Source: Hyphomicrobiales bacterium
Lineage (GTDB): Bacteria; Pseudomonadota; Alphaproteobacteria; Rhizobiales; Aestuariivirgaceae
Direction of reading: 5' to 3'
Assembly: GCA_027051195.1 (NCBI GenBank)
Contig: JALUAB010000099.1
Coordinates: 1 to 53,227 of the forward strand
Length of the DNA stretch: 53,227 nt
The notes below the pieces were generated by a model, which was not told the DNA's origin, searched no databases, and was given only the letters and a program-made list of their open reading frames with translations. Each line of letters starts with the position of its first letter. Position 1 is the first letter of the stretch. The translations under genes were made by a program, and so were the position numbers. This document shows positions 30,123 through 40,265 of this stretch, piece after piece.

Positions 30123-31100
30123 TCATGTGAAGATGCTGTTGAGAAGATCGCCGTTCTCGTCCACCCGGCGGAACACCCGGCTTTCACGCACCGTGTGAGT
30201 GCGGGCGCGCATGGTGAGCGTGTGGGTGCGCACCTTGCCGTCGAGCCGCCGCACGCGGGAGAGCAGCGAGCCGCCGGTGATTCCCGTGGCGGCGAAGATG
30301 ACGTCGCCCTGCACCATGTCGGCGATGAGGAGCTTGCGGCCCGCGTCCTCGATGCCGGCGCGGCGGATGGCACGGGCATGATCGTCGGAGCGCGCCACCA
30401 GCCGCCCCTGCATCTGCCCGCCGATGCAGGCCAGCGCCGCCGCCGCCAGCACCCCCTGCGGCGCGCCGCCGATGCCCATATAGATGTCGATACCGGTTTC
30501 CGCCGGGTCGGTGGTGTGGATGATGCCGGCGATGTCGCCGTCGGTGATGAGGCGGATTTTCGCGCCCGCCTCGCGCACCTCGGCGATCAGCCCGGCGTGT
30601 CTCGGCCGGTCGAGAATGCACACCGTGATGTCGGCCACACGCACGCCCTTCGCCTCCGCCAGCCGCGAGAGATTCTCCGCCACCGGCGCATCCAGATCCA
30701 CCAGCCCTTCCGGATAACCGGGGCCGATGGCGATCTTTTCCATGTAAACCCGCGGCACCTTCACCAGCGAATCACGCTCCGCCAGCGCGGCGACGGAAAG
30801 CGCCTCCGGCAGATCCTTCGCCACCTGGGTCAGGCCTTCCACGGCGGTGCAGGCGATATCCAGCGCCGGCCCGCCCCGCCCCAGTTCCTGATCCAGCCAC
30901 AGGTGCGGCGTCTGTCCTCGCTCACCCTCGCCCACCACCACGCGCCCCGATATGGCCAACGCGTCGAAAGCCTCGGCCATGGTGTGGATAGCGGCCTCGT
31001 GCGCCAGCCGTTCGTCACCCAGCCCGCGCAAGCGCGCCGCCGCAATGGCCGCCGCCTCGGTCACCCGCGAGACTTCCACCGTCAGTTCCCGGTTGAGCAT
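30123..31100 (-). CDS. glpX: Class II fructose-1,6-bisphosphatase (GlpX) homologue with degenerate active site
   Basis: RVTEAAA, GEGE, YMEK, DRPRH, DGD, IFAATG motifs and hom-glpX-recJ synteny; the DPLEGT motif reads TAVEGL. Confidence 0.88.
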   Translation of the reverse strand: MLNRELTVEVSRVTEAAAIAAARLRGLGDERLAHEAAIHTMAEAFDALAISGRVVVGEGERGQTPHLWLDQELGRGGPALDIACTAVEGLTQVAKDLPEALSVAALAERDSLVKVPRVYMEKIAIGPGYPEGLVDLDAPVAENLSRLAEAKGVRVADITVCILDRPRHAGLIAEVREAGAKIRLITDGDIAGIIHTTDPAETGIDIYMGIGGAPQGVLAAAALACIGGQMQGRLVARSDDHARAIRRAGIEDAGRKLLIADMVQGDVIFAATGITGGSLLSRVRRLDGKVRTHTLTMRARTHTVRESRVFRRVDENGDLLNSIFT

Positions 31101-31137
31101 GTGCGCGTCCCCTCCCCTCTCTCCGGCGCCGCCGCGC

Positions 31138-32469
31138 TCAAAACCTTTCTATCCGGATCATGCGCGGCTTGCCGGCGCAGTGCCCCTCCGCCTCGATGCG
31201 GGCCAGCGCCGCGCGCATGGAGCTCTCCAGCGTGTCATGCGTGATGAGGATGAAGGGCGCCGTCTCGCGCGCTTTTTCCTCCTCCCGCAACGGCACGGTG
31301 CGCGAGATGGCCGGCCCTTTCTGCACGATGCTCTCGATGGAAATACCCTCGTCGGCGAAGGCCCGCGCGATGGCCGCCACCTCTCCCGGTTTGTCCCACA
31401 GGTCCATGGCCACGTAATAGCCGCCCTCGTGCGCCCGCATGCGGGCCTTGCGGTAGGGCTCCAGCCGCGCCGCCGGCAGGCCCAGCGGCGGCACGGAGAT
31501 GCCCCGCGCGATGTCGACGATGTCCGCCACCACGGAAGAGGCCGTAGGGTGTGCGCCGGCGCCGCGTCCCTGCAACATCACGTCGTCCACGAAGTCGCCG
31601 CGCACCTCCACCGCGTTGAACACGCCGTTCACCTCCGCGATGGGCGAGCCGACGGGCACCAGTGTGGGATGCACCCGCTGCTCGATGCCATCGCCCGTGT
31701 CCACCGCCACCGCCAGCAGCTTGATGCGGTAGCCAAGCCCGCGTGCGTAGCGGATGTCCGCCAGCGTGACGTTCTCGATGCCCTCCACGTAAACGTCGTC
31801 CATGGCAATCTCGCTACCGAAGGCGAGCGAAGTGAGAATGGCCAGCTTGTGCGCCGCGTCCCAGCCGCCGATGTCGAAGGTGGGGTCGGCCTCGGCGTAG
31901 CCCAGCTCCTGCGCCTCCTTCAGCACGTCGGCGAAGTCGCGCTCCTCCTCCTCCATCTTGGTGAGGATGTAGTTGCAGGTGCCATTCAGGATGCCATAGA
32001 CGCGCTTCACGGCATTTCCCGCGATGCTCTCGCGCATCATCTTGACGATGGGAATGCCGCCGGCCACTGCCGCCTCGAAATTCAGCGATACGCCGGCCTC
32101 CTCGGCCTTGCGCGCCAGCTCCACGCCATGGTGCGCCAGCAACGCCTTGTTGGCGGTCACCACGTGCCGGCCGGCGCCGATGGCGGCCTCCACCGCGGCA
32201 CGCGCCGGGCCGTCCTCGCCGCCGATGAGCTCCACCAGCACGTCGATCTCCGCGCTGCGCGCCATTTCCACCGGATCGTCGAACCACTTATACGCGGACA
32301 GGTCATGATCACCCCGTGGCTTGCCACGCGAGCGCGCGGAAACGGCCACCACCTCTATCGCGCGCCCGCAGCGCCGCGCCAGCACTTCGCCATTGGCGCG
32401 CAACAGATCCAGCACCCCCACGCCGACGGTGCCCAGCCCGGCCAGCGCGATCTTCAACGGTTCCGCCAT
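31138..32469 (-). CDS. hom: Homoserine dehydrogenase (with C-terminal ACT domain)
   Basis: GLGTVG, VVTANKAL, EAAVAGGIP, GILNGTCNYIL, GYAEADP. Confidence 0.96.
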   Translation of the reverse strand: MAEPLKIALAGLGTVGVGVLDLLRANGEVLARRCGRAIEVVAVSARSRGKPRGDHDLSAYKWFDDPVEMARSAEIDVLVELIGGEDGPARAAVEAAIGAGRHVVTANKALLAHHGVELARKAEEAGVSLNFEAAVAGGIPIVKMMRESIAGNAVKRVYGILNGTCNYILTKMEEEERDFADVLKEAQELGYAEADPTFDIGGWDAAHKLAILTSLAFGSEIAMDDVYVEGIENVTLADIRYARGLGYRIKLLAVAVDTGDGIEQRVHPTLVPVGSPIAEVNGVFNAVEVRGDFVDDVMLQGRGAGAHPTASSVVADIVDIARGISVPPLGLPAARLEPYRKARMRAHEGGYYVAMDLWDKPGEVAAIARAFADEGISIESIVQKGPAISRTVPLREEEKARETAPFILITHDTLESSMRAALARIEAEGHCAGKPRMIRIERF

Positions 32470-32631
32470 CGGTTCACTCTTCCCTGCCTGATTCGCTCTT
32501 CTCGCTTCGCCGACTGTCAACGGCATCCAGGTTCGACCAGTGGCGCCCCATTCGTCATCATTACCGTGAAAGAGGGAAGCCACTTCCCGGTCATCCCTGG
32601 AACAGGCGCCTCCTGGTGAATGGGCAGCCTC

Positions 32632-33861
32632 TCACCCCTGCTTCACCTTGCCCTTCCTCGCCTTCGTTTCCGGCACCGGGGCGCCGGCGCGCTGGAAGAA
32701 GCGGCGGATGTTGCGCGCCGCCTGGCGGATGCGCTGCTCGTTCTCCACCAACGCGATGCGCACGTATCCCTCGCCCTCCTCGCCAAACCCCACTCCGGGC
32801 GAAACTGCCACCTCCGCTTCCTGCAACAGCAGCTTGGAAAAGGCAAGCGAACCCATCTCGCGAAAATGCGCCGGCAGCGGCGCCCAGGCGAACATGGTGG
32901 CCGGCGGCGGCGGAACCTCCCAGCCCGCCTTGGCGAAGGCCTCCACCAGCACGTCGCGGCGGCGGCGATAGACGTCGCGCGCCTCCTCCACGCAGTCCTG
33001 CGGACCGTTGAGCGCCGCGGTGGCCGCCACCTGGATGGGCGTGTAGGCGCCGTAGTCGAGATAGCTCTTCACCCGCGCCAGCGCCGCGATGAGCCGCTCG
33101 TTGCCCACCGCGAAGCCCATGCGCCAGCCGGCCATGGAATAGGTCTTGGACATGGAGGTGAACTCCACCGCCACGTCCATGGCCCCTTCCACCTGCAGGA
33201 TGGAGGGCGGCGGCGCATCGGTGAAATAGATCTCCGCGTAGGCGAGGTCGGAGAGCACGACGAGGTCATATTTTCTCGCAAGCCGCACCACTTCGCGGTA
33301 GAAGTCGAGATCGGCCATGTAGGCCGTGGGGTTGGAGGGATAGTTTAGCACCACGGCGATAGGCCGCGGCACGGAATGGCGCATGGCCCGCACGATGGCG
33401 CGCAACTGCGCCTCGCCCGGCTCCGCCGGAATCTGGCGGATGGCCCCGCCGGCGATGAGAAATCCGAAGGCGTGAATGGGATAGGTGGGATTGGGCGCCA
33501 GCACCACGTCGCCCGGCGCGGTTATGGCCTGCGCCATGTTGGCGAAGCCCTCCTTCGACCCCAGCGTGGCGATGACCTGCGTGTCCGGATCCAGCTTCAC
33601 GCCGAAACGCCGCTCGTAATAGGCCGCCTGGGCGCGCCGCAGCCCCGGAATGCCACGCGAGGCGGAATAGCGGTTGGTGCGCGGCTTGCCCACGGTCTCG
33701 ACGAGCTTGGCGTTTATATGCTCCGGCGTGGGCAGGTCCGGGTTACCCATTCCGAGGTCGATGATGTCCGCGCCGGCGGCCCGCGCCCGCGCCTTCAGCC
33801 GGTTGACCTCCTCGAACACGTAAGGTGGCAGGCGGCGGATGCGGTAGAAGTCGTCGTGCAT
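32632..33861 (-). CDS. PLP-dependent aminotransferase (AlaC/LL-DAP aminotransferase-like)
   Basis: RLPPYVF, DLGMGNPD, SDLAY, SKTYSMAGWR; commonly upstream of hom. Confidence 0.9.
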   Translation of the reverse strand: MHDDFYRIRRLPPYVFEEVNRLKARARAAGADIIDLGMGNPDLPTPEHINAKLVETVGKPRTNRYSASRGIPGLRRAQAAYYERRFGVKLDPDTQVIATLGSKEGFANMAQAITAPGDVVLAPNPTYPIHAFGFLIAGGAIRQIPAEPGEAQLRAIVRAMRHSVPRPIAVVLNYPSNPTAYMADLDFYREVVRLARKYDLVVLSDLAYAEIYFTDAPPPSILQVEGAMDVAVEFTSMSKTYSMAGWRMGFAVGNERLIAALARVKSYLDYGAYTPIQVAATAALNGPQDCVEEARDVYRRRRDVLVEAFAKAGWEVPPPPATMFAWAPLPAHFREMGSLAFSKLLLQEAEVAVSPGVGFGEEGEGYVRIALVENEQRIRQAARNIRRFFQRAGAPVPETKARKGKVKQG

Positions 33862-34019
33862 GATTCCCTCGCAGGCGCTGAAAACGAACCGCTGATTTCT
33901 TTCTAGCATCGCATGGGGCGGGAGCAAGGCATTTGCCAGCCGCGCCCCGGGCAGTCATGATTTTGTCATGGATGGCCCATAAATATCCCCCGGGCGGATG
34001 ACGGATGGAAAGGAAGACG

Positions 34020-35084
34020 ATGCCAGCTCTGCCGCGTCTGTATCATGCCGCGTTGGCGTTCATCGTGGGGCTTTTGGCGCTGCTGCCCTCGACACCGCCC
34101 GCCCGCGCCGCCAACATGCTTGCCGACACCGAGCTTTCCGGCAACGCCTATCGTTCCTTCGAGCTCATCGCCCCGGTGCCGGACTTCTGCCGCAAGGTGT
34201 GCGAGAAGGACACCGGCTGCCAGGCGTGGATGTTCTCCTGGCCCGGCAAGAAGGGCAAGCGCGCGAAATGCTTCCTCTTCGCCGGTGTGCAGGGCAAGCG
34301 CAAGGACACCTGCTGCATCTCCGGCTACAGGGGCAAGGGTTCCACCTTCGGAGAAACCATTGCCCGCTGGTTCGGTTCCGAAAAGGATACGAAGGAAAAC
34401 GCGGGCGGCGAACCCGCGCAATCGCGGACGCCACCCGAGCGGAAGACGGAACGGCCAGCGCCGCGCACGGCGCAGGCGCCGCGTCCGGCCCGGCCCACAC
34501 CAACGGAACCGCCCCTTGCGGATCCCGCCGAGGTGGAGCGCCAGCGCCAATTCTGCGCCCAATATGCCGATGCCGCGGTGCGCGCCAACAGGAAAGCGCG
34601 GGAGCTGGGCTGCGGTTTTCGTGGTGGCCTGTGGGGCGCGAGCCGTAACGGATATTTCAATTGGTGCATGAGGAACAACGAACAAAGGGCTGAAAGAAAC
34701 ACGCAACGTCGCCTTGCGGCATTGCAGGAATGCGAACGCCGCCTGGCCACCCGGCCTCCCGTGCCGGCAGCGCCCCCCGCGCCGGGCGTGGCGCCCATGC
34801 CGCCCGACCCCGGCCATCCGGACGCCCGCCCAGCGCCACCGGCTGTTCGCTACATCTGGCGCCAGGCACGTTATACCTACAGCTGGCTGAAGCGCTCCGG
34901 CCCCGGCCCGCGCACCACGCCGTGGCGACCGACGCTTTCCGGCAAGTGCGTGCTTGTGCGCGCCTGCGAATGTCCGCAAGGCAACACCTGTCGCGTTTAT
35001 GAGCCGGGCAGTATCGCCGTTTCATGGCCCAACGGCTGCGATGGTCCGCCCGCCTATTACGTATGCCGCGTGCGCCGGCGCTGA
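34020..35084 (+). CDS. Secreted Cys-rich protein with N-terminal PAN/apple-like domain
   Basis: Signal peptide ending in ARA; CxxxC...C.AW.F...C.L...CCISG pattern; Pro-rich linkers; two more Cys-rich modules. Confidence 0.7.
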   Translation: MPALPRLYHAALAFIVGLLALLPSTPPARAANMLADTELSGNAYRSFELIAPVPDFCRKVCEKDTGCQAWMFSWPGKKGKRAKCFLFAGVQGKRKDTCCISGYRGKGSTFGETIARWFGSEKDTKENAGGEPAQSRTPPERKTERPAPRTAQAPRPARPTPTEPPLADPAEVERQRQFCAQYADAAVRANRKARELGCGFRGGLWGASRNGYFNWCMRNNEQRAERNTQRRLAALQECERRLATRPPVPAAPPAPGVAPMPPDPGHPDARPAPPAVRYIWRQARYTYSWLKRSGPGPRTTPWRPTLSGKCVLVRACECPQGNTCRVYEPGSIAVSWPNGCDGPPAYYVCRVRRR

Positions 35085-35161
35085 AGCGCCCGCCCGGGCA
35101 GCGGCGCATTGCCAGTCATTCCGCCCTCTGCTAGCTGAAGGAGAGCGCAAGGGAGGCGGAC

Positions 35162-35974
35162 ATGGCGGAAGAGAGCGGCTGCGACACCCTGAATCTGGCC
35201 ACGTGGAACGTGAATGGCATCCGCGCCCGGCTGGCCACCGTCACCGCGTGGCTGAAAGAGGCGCGGCCGGACGTGGCCTGCCTGCAGGAGATCAAGACCG
35301 AGGAAAGGAACTTCCCCCGCGAGCCTTTCGAGGAGCTGGGCTACAACCTCGCCATTCACGGGCAGAAGGGGTTCAATGGCGTGGCCATACTCTCCCGCCA
35401 TCCGCTGGAGGACGTCACCCGCGGCCTGCCCACGTGGGAGGGCGAGGATCAGGCGCGCTACATCGAGGCCGTGGTTTCCACCGGAAGCGGCGCGGTGCGC
35501 GTCGCCTCCATCTACGCACCCAACGGCAATCCCGTCGATTCGGAGAAGTTTCCCTACAAGTTGAAGTGGCTGGACGCCCTGCGCCGGCACGCCGCCGACC
35601 TTCTGGAGCTGGAGGAGAAATTCGCGCTGGGCGGCGACTACAACATCATCCCCACGCCCGATGACGCGAAGAACCCCGAAAAATGGGAGGGCGATGCTCT
35701 CTTCTCCCCGCAGGCACGGGCAGCATACCGGCGACTGATCAACATCGGCCTGGTGGACGCGGCGCTCACGTGCAAGGGCGAGCCGCAGCAATTCACCTTT
35801 TGGGACTACCAGGGAGGGGCCTGGCAGAAGAACGACGGCATCCGCATCGACTTCTTCCTGCTCTCGCCGCAGGCCGCGGACGTGATGTGCGACGCCGGCA
35901 CCGACAAGCGTGTGCGGGCGTGGGAGAAGCCCTCCGACCACGTGCCGGTGCTGGTGGAACTGGAGGTGGACTGA
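35162..35974 (+). CDS. xth: Exodeoxyribonuclease III
   Basis: TWNVNG, LQEIK, GDYN, RIDFFL, SDHVP. Confidence 0.95.
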   Translation: MAEESGCDTLNLATWNVNGIRARLATVTAWLKEARPDVACLQEIKTEERNFPREPFEELGYNLAIHGQKGFNGVAILSRHPLEDVTRGLPTWEGEDQARYIEAVVSTGSGAVRVASIYAPNGNPVDSEKFPYKLKWLDALRRHAADLLELEEKFALGGDYNIIPTPDDAKNPEKWEGDALFSPQARAAYRRLINIGLVDAALTCKGEPQQFTFWDYQGGAWQKNDGIRIDFFLLSPQAADVMCDAGTDKRVRAWEKPSDHVPVLVELEVD

Positions 35975-36142
35975 GCTTGCGGCCCGGGATTACCCCGAAA
36001 GCTGCATTTGTGCGGTTTCATATCACCCCTAGTTTACCCTGAATTGCATTTTTCCATATCACAAACTATGGATTAATTCCCGAAAGCGCATACACGCCAT
36101 GCTGACGTGTTCCCTGCGGAACATCATGGTGTGGAGAAGTGT

Positions 36143-36823
36143 ATGCGTAGCGGTTTCACATTGGCAGGCGCTGTGCTCGGCGCCCTGTTGTCCGGGTTGA
36201 CGCCGGCGCTGGCGGAGGATGGCCCGGAAAGCATGCTGGTTTCCCCGCGCGAACATGCCTGCCTGGCGCTCGCCATCTACCACGAGGCCCGCGGCGAGCC
36301 GTTGGAGGGACGTATCGCCGTGGCCATGACCGTGCTAAACCGCGTGGCCTCCCGGGCCTACCCCGATTCCATCTGCGGCGTGGTGTTCCAGAACATGCGC
36401 TGGCGCAATGCCTGCCAGTTCACCTTCGCCTGCAACGGTCGCTCCCTGTGGCCGAGGAACACACGCGCCTTCGCCCGCAGCGCCGCGCTGGCCGCCATCG
36501 TGCTCAAGCGCGCCACCACGCCGGAGTCCTTCCCCTCGGACTATTTTCTGGCAACCATGCGCGAATACGCCCACGTGACCCACTACCACCGCGTGGACGT
36601 GAAGCCCGCATGGTCGGCCCGGCTGGTGCCGGTGAAGCGGGTGGGCGATCATCTGTTTCTCGCCTCCACCCGGGTACTCAACCGCATGTCCGTGCGGCTG
36701 GTTTCCACCAGCGCGGCGCAACGGCGGAAAAAGGCGCTCCCAGCCCGCACCATGCGCCCGCGTCCGGCCGCCGCCCACGAGCTGCCACGGCCCGGAGGCA
36801 TCGCGCCCGTTCCCGGCGCATGA
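36143..36823 (+). CDS. Cell wall hydrolase, SleB/Hydrolase_2 family
   Basis: Signal peptide, [32 protein letters not shown]. Confidence 0.9.
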   Translation: MRSGFTLAGAVLGALLSGLTPALAEDGPESMLVSPREHACLALAIYHEARGEPLEGRIAVAMTVLNRVASRAYPDSICGVVFQNMRWRNACQFTFACNGRSLWPRNTRAFARSAALAAIVLKRATTPESFPSDYFLATMREYAHVTHYHRVDVKPAWSARLVPVKRVGDHLFLASTRVLNRMSVRLVSTSAAQRRKKALPARTMRPRPAAAHELPRPGGIAPVPGA

Positions 36824-36832
36824 GCGCGGCGC

Positions 36833-38776
36833 TCATTCCGCCGGCGTCGGCTCGGCGGGCCGCTCTCCACCCTCTTCCGGCGGCGCTTCTCCTTCCGCCT
36901 CCGCCAGCCGCCGTTCGGCCTCCACCAGCCGCCGGCGCGCCTCGTCCGCCTCCTGCTGGCGACGCCACATGTCGGCGTAGGTACCGCCCCTTGCCAGCAG
37001 CTCCGCGTGCGTGCCGCGCTCGGATACGCGCCCGCCCTCCAGCACGATGATTTCGTCGGCGTCCACCACGGTGGAAAGCCGGTGCGCGATCACCAGCGTG
37101 GTGCGGTTTTCCGAAACCTTGTCAAGCGCGGCCTGAATTTGCCGCTCGGTCATGGTATCCAACGCCGACGTCGCCTCGTCCAGCACCAGAATCGGCGGAT
37201 TTTTCAGAATGGTCCGCGCGATGGCCACGCGCTGCTTCTCGCCACCGGAGAGTTTAAGCCCCCGCTCGCCCACCAGCGTGTCGTATCCCTTCGGCAGCGA
37301 CATGACGAAATCGTGGATCTGCGCCATCTTCGCCGCCTCCATCATCTCTTCGTCCGTGGCGTCCAGCCGCCCGTAGCGGATGTTGTAGCCAATGGTGTCG
37401 TTGAACAGCACCGTATCCTGCGGCACCATGCCCAGATGCCGGCGCAGGGACCGCTGCGTGACGGCGCGGATGTCCTGCCCGTCGATGAGAATGCGTCCCT
37501 CGTTCGGCTCGTAGAAGCGGAACAGCAGCCGCGAGATGGTGCTCTTGCCCGCGCCCGACGGACCGACGATGGCCAGCTTCTTCCCGGCCGGCACGGTGAA
37601 GCTCACCCCGTGCAAAATCTCACGGTCGGCATCGTAGCCGAAGCGCACGTTCTCGAAGCGCACCTCACCGTTCTTCACCACCAGCTCCCGCGCATCCGGC
37701 GCGTCGGTTATTTCCGGGGGCATGTCCAGCAGCAGGAACAGGTTCTCCAGATCGGTCAGCCCCTGCCTTATCTCGCGATACACGGAGCCGAGAAAGTTCA
37801 ACGGCTGGCCCAGCTGGATGAGCATGGCGTTTATCATGACGAAGTCGCCCACCGTCAGCCTGCCCGCCTGCACATCCATGGCCGCCAGCACCATCACCAC
37901 CGTCAGCCCGGCTGTGAAGATGGCCGCCTGCCCGGTATTCAGCAACGCCAGCGACTTGGAAGTGGTGATGGCCAGCTTCTCGTATTTCGCCATGGCGGCG
38001 TCGTGGCGCTTGGCCTCGTGCTCCTCGTTGGTGAAATACTTCACCGTCTCGTAGTTCAGCAGGCTGTCGATGGCATGGCCGGAGGCCTCGTTGTCCGCCG
38101 CGTTCATCGCCCGGCGCACCTGCGTGCGCCACTCGGTGACGCTCCAGGTGAACAGGACGTAGGCGGCTATGGTCACGGCCACCACCAGCGAATAGAGCGC
38201 CCCGAAACGGCCGAAGATGATGGCCAGCACCAGCGCCAGTTCGATGGCGGTGGGAATGGAGTTGAACAGCGAGAACCGCAGGATGACCTCGATGCCCTTG
38301 GTGCCGCGCTCCACGATGCGCGCCAGCGCCCCGGTGCGCCGCTGCAGGTGGTAGCGCAGCGACAGCGCATGCAGGTGGCGGAAGGCCTGATCGGCCAGCG
38401 CCCGCACCGCGCCCTGCCCCACCTCGGCGAAGAACCAGTCGCGCAACTGGGCGAAGGCCACCATCAGCACCCGCCCCACGCCATAGGCGATGACCAGGAA
38501 CACCGGCACGGCGGCGAACTGCCAGGCCGTGGCGTTGGGCAGACCGGAAAGGGCGTCCACCGCATACTTGTAGGCGAACGGCACCAGCACGGTGATGATC
38601 TTGGCCAGAATCAGCGAGGCCATGGCCAGCGCCACGCGGATGCGCTTGCCCGGCTGGTCTTTCGGCCACAGGTAGCCGAACAGCCGGCGCAAAGTCGCCC
38701 ACGCGCCCAGTGGCCGGGCCCGCTCGCCGAAGGCCTTCGCGTCTTCCGGCAGCGCCGATGTGGACAGTCTCGCCAT
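36833..38776 (-). CDS. ABCB/Atm1-type ABC exporter (fused permease and ATPase)
   Basis: DSLLNYETVKYF, PLNFLG, GPSGAGKST, LSGGEKQR, LDEATSALD. Confidence 0.93.
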   Translation of the reverse strand: MARLSTSALPEDAKAFGERARPLGAWATLRRLFGYLWPKDQPGKRIRVALAMASLILAKIITVLVPFAYKYAVDALSGLPNATAWQFAAVPVFLVIAYGVGRVLMVAFAQLRDWFFAEVGQGAVRALADQAFRHLHALSLRYHLQRRTGALARIVERGTKGIEVILRFSLFNSIPTAIELALVLAIIFGRFGALYSLVVAVTIAAYVLFTWSVTEWRTQVRRAMNAADNEASGHAIDSLLNYETVKYFTNEEHEAKRHDAAMAKYEKLAITTSKSLALLNTGQAAIFTAGLTVVMVLAAMDVQAGRLTVGDFVMINAMLIQLGQPLNFLGSVYREIRQGLTDLENLFLLLDMPPEITDAPDARELVVKNGEVRFENVRFGYDADREILHGVSFTVPAGKKLAIVGPSGAGKSTISRLLFRFYEPNEGRILIDGQDIRAVTQRSLRRHLGMVPQDTVLFNDTIGYNIRYGRLDATDEEMMEAAKMAQIHDFVMSLPKGYDTLVGERGLKLSGGEKQRVAIARTILKNPPILVLDEATSALDTMTERQIQAALDKVSENRTTLVIAHRLSTVVDADEIIVLEGGRVSERGTHAELLARGGTYADMWRRQQEADEARRRLVEAERRLAEAEGEAPPEEGGERPAEPTPAE

Positions 38777-39020
38777 GATGCACCGGAAATGCGCCGGCGC
38801 GCGCCTGGCGCGCCGGCGGTTCAGCACGTTCCTCCCGCTTTTAGGCCATTCGCGCCGCCGCTTCCAGCGCCCGCGCGGAATGCTACTGCCGCAAGGCGGG
38901 AATACATCCGTCACGGCCGCCGGGAGTTCATCCCTTGTGCGCGCCCGGCGGGCGGAGTAGCTGTTCCTGATAGTGGCCCGTCTCGCGGACCGCTCCACTC
39001 CTCCCGCACGGAGAATCCCC

Positions 39021-39920
39021 ATGTCCGCCGACAACTGCAACGACGATGCCCGCGGCATGCTTCTGGCGCTGGCCGCCTATGCCCTGTGGGGTGCCTTTCC
39101 GTTGTTCTTTCACCTGTTGCGGCAGGTGAACGCGGTGGAAATCGTGGCCCATCGCGCCATCTGGTCGCTGCCGCTCATCGGTCTGTTGCTGTGGCTGACT
39201 GGCCGCCACGGCGCCATCACGAAGGCCCTGGCGCCGATTCGGCGGTGGCGGCGCGCGCGCGTGCTCGTTGCCTCTGCTCTGCTGCTGCTCGTCAACTGGG
39301 GGTTCTTCGTCTGGGGCGTCACCAACGGACACACGCTGCAGGCGTCGCTCGGCTATTACATAAACCCGCTGGTAAACGTGCTGCTGGGCTTCCTGTTGCT
39401 GGGCGAGCGCTTCACCCGGGCGCAGACGCTGGCCATCCTGCTGGCCACAGCGGCGGTATTGTGGCTCACGCTGGCCGCCGGCGCGTTTCCGTGGCTGTCG
39501 CTGCTCCTGGCCTTTTCCTTCGCCGCCTATGGCTACCTGCGCAAGACCATGCCCTCGGATTCCCTGCAGGGCCTGTTCGTGGAAACGCTTTTCATGCTGC
39601 CTCCCGCCCTGTTTGCCCTGTGGCTGCTGCCACGCTTCGGCGTGACGCTTTCCTTCCCCGCCTCGCCGTGGCTTGCCTTCCTGCTGGCGCTTTCCGGACC
39701 ACTCAGCGCCCTCGCGCTGTTGCTGTTCGCCGCCGGCGCCCGGCGCATCCGCCTCTCCACCCTGGGGCTGATGCAATACATCACGCCGACGATGCATTTC
39801 CTCACCGCCGTGCACGTCTTCGGCGAACCGTTCGACTCCCGCCACCTTTTCGCCTTCGCGCTCATCTGGCTGGCGCTCTTCATCTACGGTCGCGAGAGCT
39901 GGCGCCTCTCCCGCGCCTGA
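39021..39920 (+). CDS. rarD: RarD family EamA transporter
   Basis: LWG, EIVAHRAIWS, ASLGYYINPL, YGYLRK, LGLMQYITP. Confidence 0.92.
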   Translation: MSADNCNDDARGMLLALAAYALWGAFPLFFHLLRQVNAVEIVAHRAIWSLPLIGLLLWLTGRHGAITKALAPIRRWRRARVLVASALLLLVNWGFFVWGVTNGHTLQASLGYYINPLVNVLLGFLLLGERFTRAQTLAILLATAAVLWLTLAAGAFPWLSLLLAFSFAAYGYLRKTMPSDSLQGLFVETLFMLPPALFALWLLPRFGVTLSFPASPWLAFLLALSGPLSALALLLFAAGARRIRLSTLGLMQYITPTMHFLTAVHVFGEPFDSRHLFAFALIWLALFIYGRESWRLSRA

Positions 39921-39931
39921 GGCGTTTCCAC

Positions 39932-39960
39932 TTGCCCTTCTCGCGCGCGGGGCGCACAAT
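39932..39960 (+). promoter_or_regulatory. Putative sigma70-type promoter of the dodecin gene
   Basis: TTGCCC-N17-CACAAT, 35 bp upstream of the ATG. Confidence 0.45.
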
Positions 39961-39995
39961 GATCTCCCCACAACCAACAGAAAGGGAGAAACGCC

Positions 39996-40205
39996 ATGAC
40001 GGTCGCCAAGGTCATCGAGATATTCTCCTCATCCCCGGAGAGTATCGAGGACGCCGTCAACCGCGGCATCGAGCGCGTGGAGAAAACGCTGGACGAGGTG
40101 AAGGGCGTGTGGATCAAGAGCATCAAGTGCGACGTGGAAAACGGCAGGGTTTCGCGCTGGCGCGTGGACATGAAGGTCACCTTCGTGCTGAAGGACACCT
40201 CGTGA
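39996..40205 (+). CDS. Dodecin family protein
   Basis: 69 aa, VAKVIEI..SS..SIEDAV..GI, GVWIK, WRVDMKVTF; GGGAG RBS. Confidence 0.88.
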   Translation: MTVAKVIEIFSSSPESIEDAVNRGIERVEKTLDEVKGVWIKSIKCDVENGRVSRWRVDMKVTFVLKDTS

Positions 40206-40265
40206 AAACAGCAAATGGCACCGCGCGGCCTTTCCGCCCGTGCGGTGCCGGGCTATAATGCCCGC

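Noticed and set aside
37007-40258. 1083-aa + strand ORF
   Set aside because: Antisense to the ABC exporter and out of frame over rarD and the dodecin gene; a shadow ORF
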